From Candidatus Komeilibacteria bacterium (GTDB lineage Bacteria > Patescibacteriota > Patescibacteriia > UBA1558 > 2-01-FULL-52-15), in assembly GCA_043801745.1 (NCBI GenBank), contig JAZDLR010000016.1, forward strand, positions 1,535 to 65,534: 64,000 nt of DNA. Direction: 5' to 3'. Shown piece after piece: positions 29,502-38,868 of the stretch; position 1 is the stretch's first letter, and the number at the start of each line of letters is the position of its first letter. The notes under the pieces were generated by a model. It was given only the letters and a program-made list of their open reading frames with translations, did not search any database and was not told the DNA's origin. Both the position numbers and the translations under genes were made by a program.

Positions 29502-30146
29502 ATGTTTAATTTTCTATTTTCCTGGCTGTTACCAACCGCCGCCAAGGCACAAGCGCTTGGCCTGATTGATAATATTCCCTGCGTGCAAAATGGCTATATA
29601 TTACCTAGCGGCCAATGGTCGCCCGGAACCTGCACCCTGGATAACATCACAGCCGGGGTCGGCTATTTAATAAATTATGGTGTAGCCATTAGCGGCGCCC
29701 TGGCTCTACTGATGTTTATTATTGGCGGTTGGTATTTGGTGGCCAGCGCCGGCCGCAAAGACTGGATAACTCGCGGCAAAAACATTCTGATCAACACCGT
29801 GTTTGCTATCTTCTTCATCTTAGGAGCCTGGCTGCTGGTCAGGGGAGTACTGGACATTGTTGGCTCTAATATTATTTTCCAAAGCGGCGAAACAACTACT
29901 ACCAGCTGTCAGGGTGAGGGCACCCAATGTAATGTCACCGGCAAATGCAAAGTGGTGAATAATATTGGCGAGTGTGTTAATCCTTGTGTCTATTTAGCCA
30001 CCGATTCAAAACCCTATTCTTGCCACAATAGCCTAGACGAATGTTTCCCCGCTGGAACCGCGTGCGTCAACTATCCCGATAACTGCCTGGAAACTCAAGG
30101 TCTGTGTCTAAGTAATCAATATTGCTGTTTCCCGTCTGCCAGATAA
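29502..30146 (+). CDS. pilin-like protein (T4SS TrbC/VirB2-type 2-TM core) fused to a C-terminal Cys-rich domain
   Basis: Signal peptide plus two TM helices as in the downstream pilins, then a 90-aa domain with 14 Cys. Confidence 0.5.
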   Translation: MFNFLFSWLLPTAAKAQALGLIDNIPCVQNGYILPSGQWSPGTCTLDNITAGVGYLINYGVAISGALALLMFIIGGWYLVASAGRKDWITRGKNILINTVFAIFFILGAWLLVRGVLDIVGSNIIFQSGETTTTSCQGEGTQCNVTGKCKVVNNIGECVNPCVYLATDSKPYSCHNSLDECFPAGTACVNYPDNCLETQGLCLSNQYCCFPSAR

Positions 30147-30185
30147 TTCCAACTAAATGACATCCATTAATATTGCAAAAAAAAT

Positions 30186-30524
30186 ATGAAAAAAATCTTT
30201 TTTACTCTACTAACCTTGTTGCTCTTACCGGCCGCTGCTAATGCTGTTGAAGAAATACCGCCCGTCGTCCTACCCAATCCTCTGGGCCAAGAAGTTAATA
30301 ATATACCACTGCTCGTCAACCATATCATTGTTGGCATTTTGGGTATTGTCGGCGCCGTTGCTTTATTGGCCTTTATCTGGGGCGGCCTGCTCTGGATGAC
30401 CTCGCTAGGCAATGCCGACCGCGTCAAGCAAGGCAAAGAAACACTGATTTATGCCACCATCGGATTATTGGTGATTTTTATTAGTTATTCGGTAATTAAT
30501 TTTATTTTTAAATCGTTGACCTAG
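30186..30524 (+). CDS. pilin-like protein (TrbC/VirB2-type; CPR T4SS-pilin family)
   Basis: Signal peptide (AANA|VEE), two TM helices, WMTSxGN motif. Confidence 0.6.
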   Translation: MKKIFFTLLTLLLLPAAANAVEEIPPVVLPNPLGQEVNNIPLLVNHIIVGILGIVGAVALLAFIWGGLLWMTSLGNADRVKQGKETLIYATIGLLVIFISYSVINFIFKSLT

Positions 30525-30596
30525 CAGTTGATTTTTTGGCGCAAAATATTTATACTATAAACAATTACTATCTAATCCTCGAAAGGAGGTGAGTAC

Positions 30597-30980
30597 ATGA
30601 AAAAAATCGTTTCCCTATTATCAATTTCAGCCGCTGCCCTTACGGGATTATTCCAAGGTGTTTTAGTCAAAGCCCAAGCGTTGACGCCCTCCCTGGATAT
30701 ACCGGAAAGTTTTGGCGGTCTGGGCTCACAAGATCTCAAGATTACTATTGCTAACATTGTTCAGATAGTCTTGGGTTTCTTGGGTATCTTAACTGTCTTG
30801 ATCATCCTCTTGGGCGGCTTCAAATGGATGACTTCTGGCGGTAATGAAGATAAGATTGATGAAGCCAAAAAGCTGATCAGTGCTGGTGTTGTCGGTCTGG
30901 TGATCGTTCTGGCCGCTTATGCTATTGCCACCTTCATTGTCGGCAATATCGGTAACGCCGTCACCGGTACCACTTCATAA
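30597..30980 (+). CDS. pilin-like protein (TrbC/VirB2-type), paralog
   Basis: GGAGG RBS; signal peptide plus 2 TM; KWMTSGGNEDKIDEAKK motif. Confidence 0.6.
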   Translation: MKKIVSLLSISAAALTGLFQGVLVKAQALTPSLDIPESFGGLGSQDLKITIANIVQIVLGFLGILTVLIILLGGFKWMTSGGNEDKIDEAKKLISAGVVGLVIVLAAYAIATFIVGNIGNAVTGTTS

Positions 30981-31021
30981 ATATAGTCTAGACTATAACC
31001 CATCATCATTGACTGATCTAA

Positions 31022-31489
31022 TTGATGATGGGTTGGGGCTTACACTATAACTTCATGACTTTCCGTCTATTCTTTTTTTCAACCATTGCCTTTCTTTTGG
31101 CATCACCGCTAAAAGCGGCTGCCAGTCCGGCAGGTGATGGGTTACAAAAGGCAGTTAAAAATTCGGGCCTTCCCACTGGTTCAATCGAATCTATGGCGGC
31201 CAATTTTATTATCGTTGTCTTAGGAATTGTCGGCGTGCTTTTTATGCTGCTGATTCTTTATGGCGGTTATGTTTGGATGATGGGCAGTAGAGCCGGCAAA
31301 GAAAAAGAAATTAATAATGCCAAGACTATTTTAACTAACGCCACGATTGGTCTGCTGCTTGTGCTGGCCGCTTATGCTATTACTTATTTCATTGTCCAAC
31401 AAATCAACTTTGCCACTACCGGCACTTTGGAACCGGACCTTGATACCGGTGATCCCGGCGTACCCTATGTTGATCCTGGACCTGCTTAA
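31022..31489 (+). CDS. pilin-like protein (TrbC/VirB2-type), paralog
   Basis: Signal peptide plus 2 TM; YVWMMGSRAGKEKEI motif; start may be a downstream ATG. Confidence 0.55.
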   Translation: MMMGWGLHYNFMTFRLFFFSTIAFLLASPLKAAASPAGDGLQKAVKNSGLPTGSIESMAANFIIVVLGIVGVLFMLLILYGGYVWMMGSRAGKEKEINNAKTILTNATIGLLLVLAAYAITYFIVQQINFATTGTLEPDLDTGDPGVPYVDPGPA

Positions 31490-31494
31490 TAATT

Positions 31495-31914
31495 ATGAAA
31501 AAATATTTTTATCTCATTCTAGCGTATCTTCTGGCGCCTCATATTTCTTGGGCCGCTACTAGTGCGTCATCTTCCGGCGGCAGCCCGCTAGACAGCGTCA
31601 AGGCAATCGGTACTCTGGTCTATGGCGGCAGCGGCACACCTTACGATATTAAGCGGGTTATCTCCGGTCTTATCCAGATTTTCTTAGGCTTAATTGGAAT
31701 TATCTTTCTACTGCTGATCATCTGGTCAGGTTTCCGTTGGATGACTAGCGGCGGCAATGAGAAAACCGTGGAAGAGGCTAAAAAAACCCTGCAGAATTCT
31801 GTTGTCGGTCTGATTATCGTTGTTATGGGCTACTCCATTGCTTACTGGATAATAGTCTGGCTGGGGCAGGCGACCACAGGCGCCGGTACGACCGGGGGTC
31901 CTGTGATCGAATAG
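31495..31914 (+). CDS. pilin-like protein (TrbC/VirB2-type), paralog
   Basis: Signal peptide plus 2 TM; FRWMTSGGNEKTVEEAKK motif. Confidence 0.6.
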   Translation: MKKYFYLILAYLLAPHISWAATSASSSGGSPLDSVKAIGTLVYGGSGTPYDIKRVISGLIQIFLGLIGIIFLLLIIWSGFRWMTSGGNEKTVEEAKKTLQNSVVGLIIVVMGYSIAYWIIVWLGQATTGAGTTGGPVIE

Positions 31915-31929
31915 TAGATCTGTAAGTTG

Positions 31930-31970
31930 AACGACCCGCCACTCAATTGAGTAGCGGGTCGTTTTTTTCT
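31930..31970 (+). terminator. intrinsic terminator after the pilin cluster (ACGACCCGC ... GCGGGUCGU plus U7)
   Basis: 9-bp GC-rich stem followed by a T7 tract. Confidence 0.7.
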
Positions 31971-31980
31971 TGGTTACCCC

Positions 31981-32499
31981 CTAACGATAGATCGGGATTC
32001 GTACTTGGGGCCCTTGGAAAGCATCTCGCCCCTTGTCATAGACCGGTAGACACTTTCGGTAGAGTCTCCTGCTCCCATCGGGGCACTCTATCAGAGCAGT
32101 GATGGGATAGCAGGCAAAGGCCTTGTTCGGCTTGACCCGAATCAGGGTGGGCAATGTCTGCTGCTGGGGACCCAGGCGGAACTTGGGCTCATGTACCCAC
32201 TTGTACTCCACCCAGGAGGTGTCGGCGCCGGATCGGGTCCGGCCGTGATGCGGCCGCTCCTCCTGCAGTTCAAACTCATAGGCCAGGCGGACCGACACCG
32301 AACAGCCACAATCGCGTGCCGGTAAACGCTCACCAGTATCCTGATCAACATCGGTTCTGTTCATGACGTTTACGGTCAACCAGTCAGCCCGGTTTTCCGT
32401 AATGTCGCTGGAACTGTGGATCAGGACACTGGTAGAACAGCCTGTCAGCAGCACCAGAGCCGCAAGACAGAAAAGCACAACTACTGGCCAGGATTTCAT
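31981..32499 (-). CDS. lipoprotein (hypothetical), compositionally foreign (high GC)
   Basis: Lipobox LLTGC; local GC content well above neighbours. Confidence 0.5.
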   Translation of the reverse strand: MKSWPVVVLFCLAALVLLTGCSTSVLIHSSSDITENRADWLTVNVMNRTDVDQDTGERLPARDCGCSVSVRLAYEFELQEERPHHGRTRSGADTSWVEYKWVHEPKFRLGPQQQTLPTLIRVKPNKAFACYPITALIECPDGSRRLYRKCLPVYDKGRDAFQGPQVRIPIYR

Positions 32500-32648
32500 A
32501 GCACACCCCTTTCAGAGGGTTTTGGGTTAAAAGCAAGGAAAGGACTAGCTGAATAGTGGAATATACCATATAATATAGCTGCTGTCAACCCCATTAAAAC
32601 ACCCGCCTTTTAATGGGCTAATAGCCCCCTTGTTTATAAACTGTTACA

Positions 32649-34463
32649 ATGTTTCTCGTGAAACATCTTAGCTCTTGGCTCAATTACCGACCCCAAATTT
32701 TCCTTATTGCTGCTGCCTTTGTATTTGCTGCTTTCTTTGGCGCAGCAGTACTAATAAAATACAATTTCTTTCTCTATAATGGCCTGGATCTGGCTATTTT
32801 TAATAATTCTTTATGGAACCTGATCCACGGAAATAATTTGTATAACGCCATACATCCACCGACCTACTGGGCCGATCATGTGTCACCCTGGCTTCTCGTA
32901 TTGGCTCTACCCTACGCCCTTTGGGCCGATCCTCAATTTCTTTTGCTGTCACAGATCGTGGTTCTGGCTGCCTGCGTCTGGCCACTTTATTTAATTGCCA
33001 GGAAATACTTATCACCGCGGTTAGCCTGCCTTGTTGCCGGCCTTTGGCTAGTTAATCCTCTGATTCATAACATTAGTTTATATGAATTTAGTTTGGTGCC
33101 TTGGTCAATATTTTTTTTGCTTTGGGCTTATTACTGGTATGACCAGAAACACTGGGCGCGTTTTATAATTTTTTCTTTACTGGCCATTACAACCCGCGAG
33201 GACGTGGCTGTAATGTTGGTGGGTTTTTCTATTCTGGCCGCTATTGATAAGTGCAGCTGGAAATGGTGGTTAACGCCAGGAATAATTGGCCTTGGTTGGT
33301 TTGCTGTGACGCAATATATTATCAATCAGGCGTCTCTTATTGGTGTCTCTAAATTTGTTAATTATTACAGCTGGCTCTGGCAACCCTCACTGGCCGAAAT
33401 TAGTCGACATTTTTTAAACCTCGGCAATGTGCAGATATTTCTCGGGCTGCTTTTACCTTTATTATTTTTACCCTTACTAAGACCGAAAACGTTAATCCTG
33501 ACACTTTTGCCTCTGGGTATTCTGCGCTTGGCCAGTGGCGACGACGGCGCCGCAGTTTTGCGGGCTCATTATGGCGGCTTCTTGCTTTGGCCCTTGTTTA
33601 TTGCCACCATTCTTGCTTTGGCCACCGACAATCAGCCGCGCCTGTTACAAAAATTGACCAATTACCGCCTATTAATAATTTTGTCACTGCTGACGGCTAG
33701 TATTTACGCCAGCCTAACTTATGGCAATATTCTTCCCCTGGTTAATTATCACTGGAACAGTTCTCGGGCCGAAGAATATCGGCTGGCCTGGCAGCAAATT
33801 CCCGAGACAGCACGAGTCGCCTCCACTTATTCTTTCTTGACGCCCCTATCTTCACGGCAGCAATTACAGTTACTGCCCTATGCTTATGCCGGCATGGGAC
33901 AATTTGCCTTAACCAACTACCAACTTGACCCCCAAACTGAATATTTACTAATTGATTGGCAGGAGTGGTTAATAGCACAAGTTCATTACCCCGGCCGTTA
34001 TCCGCAAAAAGTTTCTCTAGCAGACATGACTACCTGTTGGCAAAGCTGGCAAGCGGATTATCGACCAATCTGGCAGCAAGGCGCTATAACCATATTTCAA
34101 CGACATCCGAATAATATATTAATAGCCACGGTCAAACCAACAAGCAATCAGGCGGCAACTTTAAATATATTTAGCAGCGCTGGGCAGTCCGAAGCCTATC
34201 TGACTAGCCCGGCTACGACCAGTCTACAGGCCCTGCAGCTAAGCACAGCCAACTCTACCTACTATCTGCCACTAGCCTACGGTTTATGGACCTCCACTAG
34301 CAGTTCGGCTGAGATTACCATGCCGCTGAATGACCCGGCAGTAAAAAAAATTGACCTCGTGGCCTTTCGCTGGCCGCAGATAATGCTTAATAACATCAAT
34401 ACTCTAGAGTTGCGGTGGAAATCGCTGATCACCGAAGCTACTGCTGATGTAAACGATAAATAG
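32649..34463 (+). CDS. polytopic membrane protein with C-terminal soluble domain (GT-C/DUF2079-like, putative glycosyltransferase)
   Basis: About 10 TM helices plus a 200-aa C-terminal domain. Confidence 0.45.
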   Translation: MFLVKHLSSWLNYRPQIFLIAAAFVFAAFFGAAVLIKYNFFLYNGLDLAIFNNSLWNLIHGNNLYNAIHPPTYWADHVSPWLLVLALPYALWADPQFLLLSQIVVLAACVWPLYLIARKYLSPRLACLVAGLWLVNPLIHNISLYEFSLVPWSIFFLLWAYYWYDQKHWARFIIFSLLAITTREDVAVMLVGFSILAAIDKCSWKWWLTPGIIGLGWFAVTQYIINQASLIGVSKFVNYYSWLWQPSLAEISRHFLNLGNVQIFLGLLLPLLFLPLLRPKTLILTLLPLGILRLASGDDGAAVLRAHYGGFLLWPLFIATILALATDNQPRLLQKLTNYRLLIILSLLTASIYASLTYGNILPLVNYHWNSSRAEEYRLAWQQIPETARVASTYSFLTPLSSRQQLQLLPYAYAGMGQFALTNYQLDPQTEYLLIDWQEWLIAQVHYPGRYPQKVSLADMTTCWQSWQADYRPIWQQGAITIFQRHPNNILIATVKPTSNQAATLNIFSSAGQSEAYLTSPATTSLQALQLSTANSTYYLPLAYGLWTSTSSSAEITMPLNDPAVKKIDLVAFRWPQIMLNNINTLELRWKSLITEATADVNDK

Positions 34464-36051
34464 CGCCGGTGGAATTTTTTTTAATCAGCTGCAAATATGG
34501 CGCTTCATCCAGCCAGGAAAAAAATTCTGCCGGATTTTTTGTAGTGTAGTGAACAACAATCAACGAGATCCGGTTATCAACTAAAAATTTGATCTTATCC
34601 AGGCCTGTATTAGCCGAAAAAAATTCGTCTGCCTTCTGCCGCTTCTGTAAATAGTTGATTGTCTGATGCTGGTGTCCGATATAAATAGTCTGACCCGTAA
34701 AAGCCGGGATCAACAGGCCAATGGGTTCATCAAAAGGCAAGACTATTTGTTCCACGGGTTGTTGTTTTAAACTACCCAGTAGCTCCTTCGTTTCAGCCGA
34801 TAAATAAAAGCGGTCATTGGTTTGATAGTAGGACATTGCCCGGAGATATACTGTCTGACTATACCAGGGTCCAAAAGTCACGGCCATAATAACAAATAAC
34901 CAATAGATGATCTGCCAATAATAATTTTGAATCCGCCGAGCCAAAGCTAGGGCACCCAAACCAGCCACCAAACTAACAGGAATTAGCCAGCCGTTAGCCA
35001 GTCGGCGATTATAGTCCAGTGGCAAATAAACCATAATCCAGGTGACCCAAGTCCAGATGACCAATAGCCGCCACCACTCGTTGTCGCGCCATTTAGTCCA
35101 CCAGTGATAGGTGCCTATCACAGCTAGGGGAAATAACAGGCCCCAAGCTAATAAATAATTATAGGGCGGCGGCGAATAAACTAAATTTTGAGCTGACCAA
35201 CCGCGCAGCGCTGTTTCGCTCATAACCAAACCCCAGACTAAGCCCGCGCTGGCCGCACACCAGAACCAATAGATTGACAGCTTATATAAGTAGCGTCTGT
35301 CCTGCGTCTGCCACCAGCGCCATAATGACCACAACGCCGGTATCGTAGCTAAGATCCAAAAATCATAGGGGTGAACCATAATTAATAAAGCCGCCAAAGC
35401 CCCTACCAGACTCTCTGATTGCCAACTTATAGTCTGTCGTTGTTTTATCCACAGATAGAATACCAACAACAATAATATGTGCGACAGAATAAATAGGGGC
35501 GATTGCTGAGCATTGGCTTGAAGTGATAATTCGCCCATGTAAATATCTACCGGCTTAGTCGTTAACGGCGCAAAATCACTAGCTAAGATACTGGGTTGAA
35601 ATAAGGCCTTGGCCCACCCCCAACCTCCGGCGAATAACACAAACAGCCAGAGCCACAACCTCTCATTATACTTACTAGTCAGGCGCCTTAACCAAAAAAA
35701 CAAAACCACCATTGTTACCAGCACCAACAAAATCCTCCACCCATGATAGACGGGTATCACACCCAGAGAAAAAAGATTAGCCGTTTGACCGATTAGCCAC
35801 CAATGAGGACCAATCAGACTGCCCACCTGCAGCTCGCTAGTGTGAATATTTTTTTGTAGCAATTGGCCCAACCGGCCCTGCTCAATCATAGAGTAGTAAA
35901 CCAATTTATCCGCCGAAGCCGCTAGATTGATGCCCGTATAACTACTGCCGGACGGTGCCGCAAGGGCCGACCATAAATATAAAATATTAGTAAACACCAA
36001 AAAAATTACTATCAGACAAATGCTGGCCAGATAATACTGCTTTTTAGTCAT
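34438..36051 (-). CDS. polytopic membrane protein (GT-C-like, putative glycosyltransferase)
   Basis: >10 TM helices, Trp-rich; C-terminal soluble domain. Confidence 0.45.
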   Translation of the reverse strand: MTKKQYYLASICLIVIFLVFTNILYLWSALAAPSGSSYTGINLAASADKLVYYSMIEQGRLGQLLQKNIHTSELQVGSLIGPHWWLIGQTANLFSLGVIPVYHGWRILLVLVTMVVLFFWLRRLTSKYNERLWLWLFVLFAGGWGWAKALFQPSILASDFAPLTTKPVDIYMGELSLQANAQQSPLFILSHILLLLVFYLWIKQRQTISWQSESLVGALAALLIMVHPYDFWILATIPALWSLWRWWQTQDRRYLYKLSIYWFWCAASAGLVWGLVMSETALRGWSAQNLVYSPPPYNYLLAWGLLFPLAVIGTYHWWTKWRDNEWWRLLVIWTWVTWIMVYLPLDYNRRLANGWLIPVSLVAGLGALALARRIQNYYWQIIYWLFVIMAVTFGPWYSQTVYLRAMSYYQTNDRFYLSAETKELLGSLKQQPVEQIVLPFDEPIGLLIPAFTGQTIYIGHQHQTINYLQKRQKADEFFSANTGLDKIKFLVDNRISLIVVHYTTKNPAEFFSWLDEAPYLQLIKKNSTGAIYRLHQQ

Positions 36052-37615
36052 ATTTTTTTACAATCTCAAAAATTTTGGCAAATGGTCCTTGATAACGCAA
36101 AACGAAATTCTTGTCTTGACTTAATTGATCGATCAAGTCGTGATTGCCGTTTCCCACCAGGAGAAACCGTGAATGAAAAACTTTAGTAATAATCTGAGCA
36201 ATGTCTCCCGTAGCCTTACCCTCACTAACGCTTGACCACAAGGCCCATAATTCTGGGCTTTGATTATACATAAAAGTCGGGTCCAGGCCGACAATATAAT
36301 AATTGGACCGATTATAATAAAAAAGCGCCGGCCAATAATCCCAGTTAGAATTAAAAACAATTTCTCCCGGCCTACTATTCTCCTGCAGCCACTGTGACTC
36401 GGCAGCTAATTGGTTAACGGTAAAAGTTGTTTGGCTTTCATTGGCCCTAACAGCCATAACGTCTTTGAAAATTAAAAAAATGAAGGTCGGAATAATAAAT
36501 ACTATGACCAGAAAAGCATAAAATTTAATTAACCAACCAAATTTTCCCGGCAACGATAACTGCTGCTTGAGCCACCGGGCAGTTATCTGGGGCAAACAGC
36601 GGACCCAGAGTACCGCCGTGGCAATAAATAAGAGGGGGTCTGACAGCTCAACGTAGCGCCGCGATTTCCAGGTCAAGCCCACAGCAATAAACGACAAAAT
36701 AACTAAAAACCAGTCGTCGCGCCTTAACTGACGGAAGCGGTGCCAACCAAAAATAATAATTATTGCCAGAATCACCAGAGGATAGACGTGAAAATTGATC
36801 ACGTCTCTCCAGGATAGGGACAGCCATTCAGCACCTACTCCCACTGCCTGACCATAATTAATTACGCCGATTTGAACAATCTGCTGCCAATAAAAATATA
36901 AATTATGCGGCCAGTAGGGATTAAGTACAATCCCCGCCAAGCTGCCTGCCAGGGTCACTACTAGTAAACCAAATGAACGGGGACGGAATAACCGACAAAC
37001 TAATGATTTTTCGCGGCTGCTCCAGCCGGCAAGGACATCAACGCACCAATACAGGCCGACCGTCATGATACCAAAAATCCAGCCACCATAAAGCCAGACA
37101 TAAATAATTTGCAAAAAAAATAATAACCAGATTTTTTTCTTCAATAAAGCATAGAGAATCAAAACCACAACAATCAAGGAAACACTGTTGGCTTTAACTA
37201 AGGCCAGACGGAAAGCAAAAGTTGAGGAGAACAATAATAACGCTGTCCAAATTAACGCTAGCTGCGGCGCCAAGCGACGCAAGAACCAATAAAAAACCGT
37301 AAAAAAGCTGGCGCCAAATAAAATTGTACCCAGCTTAATGGCATAGAGTGGATTGCCCAGCTTCATTAAGGGAGCCAACAATAAGTGGTAGAGCAGGTGG
37401 TGATCAGTAAAATGTTGGCTTAAAGTTGTAAACTGCATCCAGGGCAAGCTACGCAATAAAACCCCTTCAGATAATAATTGTGCTATAGCTGCGTGATAAA
37501 AGACATCAGGATCACCAAAGGCCAGATGGAATTGCCAAAAAGCCAGAAATAAAAAAGTAACAAAAAAAACCAGCAGATACTCCATCTGTTGGTAATACTT
37601 TTGCCGGTCAGTCAT
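36044..37615 (-). CDS. polytopic membrane protein (GT-C-like, putative glycosyltransferase)
   Basis: >10 TM helices plus C-terminal soluble domain; 8-nt overlap with downstream paralog-like gene. Confidence 0.45.
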   Translation of the reverse strand: MTDRQKYYQQMEYLLVFFVTFLFLAFWQFHLAFGDPDVFYHAAIAQLLSEGVLLRSLPWMQFTTLSQHFTDHHLLYHLLLAPLMKLGNPLYAIKLGTILFGASFFTVFYWFLRRLAPQLALIWTALLLFSSTFAFRLALVKANSVSLIVVVLILYALLKKKIWLLFFLQIIYVWLYGGWIFGIMTVGLYWCVDVLAGWSSREKSLVCRLFRPRSFGLLVVTLAGSLAGIVLNPYWPHNLYFYWQQIVQIGVINYGQAVGVGAEWLSLSWRDVINFHVYPLVILAIIIIFGWHRFRQLRRDDWFLVILSFIAVGLTWKSRRYVELSDPLLFIATAVLWVRCLPQITARWLKQQLSLPGKFGWLIKFYAFLVIVFIIPTFIFLIFKDVMAVRANESQTTFTVNQLAAESQWLQENSRPGEIVFNSNWDYWPALFYYNRSNYYIVGLDPTFMYNQSPELWALWSSVSEGKATGDIAQIITKVFHSRFLLVGNGNHDLIDQLSQDKNFVLRYQGPFAKIFEIVKKYD

Positions 37616-37654
37616 AGTCTCAAAAGGCGCTCCACAAGCATGGGTCGGAGCGCC

Positions 37655-38680
37655 TTATTTATCTCCTAATTCTTGCTTCAATAAATCTACCCAAGGTATC
37701 GCCGTGGCATCTAACTGCTCTTTACCGGCCAATTTAAGAGTTAGAGCCGAACTCCACCAGAGCATTTTCAGTCCCTGCTCTAAACCATTGCCAATAAACG
37801 ACTGCTTTAAAACCTTTATGCCTAAGCGTTGCAATATTTTTTCTGTCAGACGGTAACGTTTCTTGGTCCTGACATAATAATCTGATGATTCCAGCATTAC
37901 CGCTACCCATTTCTTACTCTGACTGCCTAGATTAGACAAACCTTCTAATAAATGGTGATTCAATTCAGGTAGAGCAAAGTAAGCAGCAAAAAGTTTAGCA
38001 GTCTCATTTAGTTGGTTACTCATAATATGGGCCGCACCAGTCAAATGTTCAGAGGCAATAATCAGACAATTTTTATTCAACATTTGCCGCGCTGGCGCCG
38101 TTAATAATCCCCGGCCGCCTCTCATTGTCATAGCAGCGCGCCGCAATTCTGCCAAGTCCAGCTGCAATATACCGGCGCTTTTCAAACTAAGGGCAAAGGC
38201 TGCCAGCATATAGCCCAAACCCAGGCGCGGCTGTCCGCTGGGGTTAAATTTAGTGGTAAAAATAAAGTGCGGTATTTTATCCGCTGCGGCCGCCTCAGCC
38301 AATTGGCCGCCACTGGTAATTACCAAAGCCGATAAACGTCTTTTTCTGGCTTCTTGAAAACAACCTAGGGCCTCTTCAGTCGCCCCGGAATAACTAGCGA
38401 TTATCACCAGACTATCGGCCGACGCCAGACCAGGCAACTGATAATTATTAACTATAATAACCGGCACCTTTAACTGGCGCCAATAAATATACCGCAGTAG
38501 GTCAGCGGCCAGAGCCGATCCACCCATACCACAAACAATGACCGAGTTATATTTCTTCCTAGCCAACAGTCTTTTCCTGGGCCAATGATCCAGAGTCCAG
38601 ATAATTTGCTCTGGCAACTGCTCGACCGAAGCAGCCACCAAAGAATTGTGCTGAGACCGTTGTTGTTTGAGGGACAACAT
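37655..38680 (-). CDS. bifunctional phosphoglucose/phosphomannose isomerase-like SIS-domain protein
   Basis: SIS motif VIVCGMGGSALAADLL; archaeal/bacterial PGI-PMI-like length and organisation. Confidence 0.65.
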   Translation of the reverse strand: MLSLKQQRSQHNSLVAASVEQLPEQIIWTLDHWPRKRLLARKKYNSVIVCGMGGSALAADLLRYIYWRQLKVPVIIVNNYQLPGLASADSLVIIASYSGATEEALGCFQEARKRRLSALVITSGGQLAEAAAADKIPHFIFTTKFNPSGQPRLGLGYMLAAFALSLKSAGILQLDLAELRRAAMTMRGGRGLLTAPARQMLNKNCLIIASEHLTGAAHIMSNQLNETAKLFAAYFALPELNHHLLEGLSNLGSQSKKWVAVMLESSDYYVRTKKRYRLTEKILQRLGIKVLKQSFIGNGLEQGLKMLWWSSALTLKLAGKEQLDATAIPWVDLLKQELGDK

Positions 38681-38816
38681 AATGTTCTCATTATGTCTTT
38701 TCCTTTACTGACAGTCAAGAGCGGGCTAATAAATTGCCACTGTCCAACCTTGATTTTCTCTAATGAAAATGCTAATGTAGCGGGGTTAAATCACTCTATT
38801 TTTTTAAATTTTTTCT

Positions 38817-38848
38817 CCCCGCCCAGAGGGCGGTCGCCCCGTGGGCGA
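38817..38848. repeat. double-hairpin repeat element, copy A (CCGCCC-AGA-GGGCGG / TCGCCC-CGT-GGGCGA)
   Basis: Second copy at 51755-51784 has identical stems and different loops. Confidence 0.7.
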
Positions 38849-38868
38849 TACAACCTAACCTCTAATCA

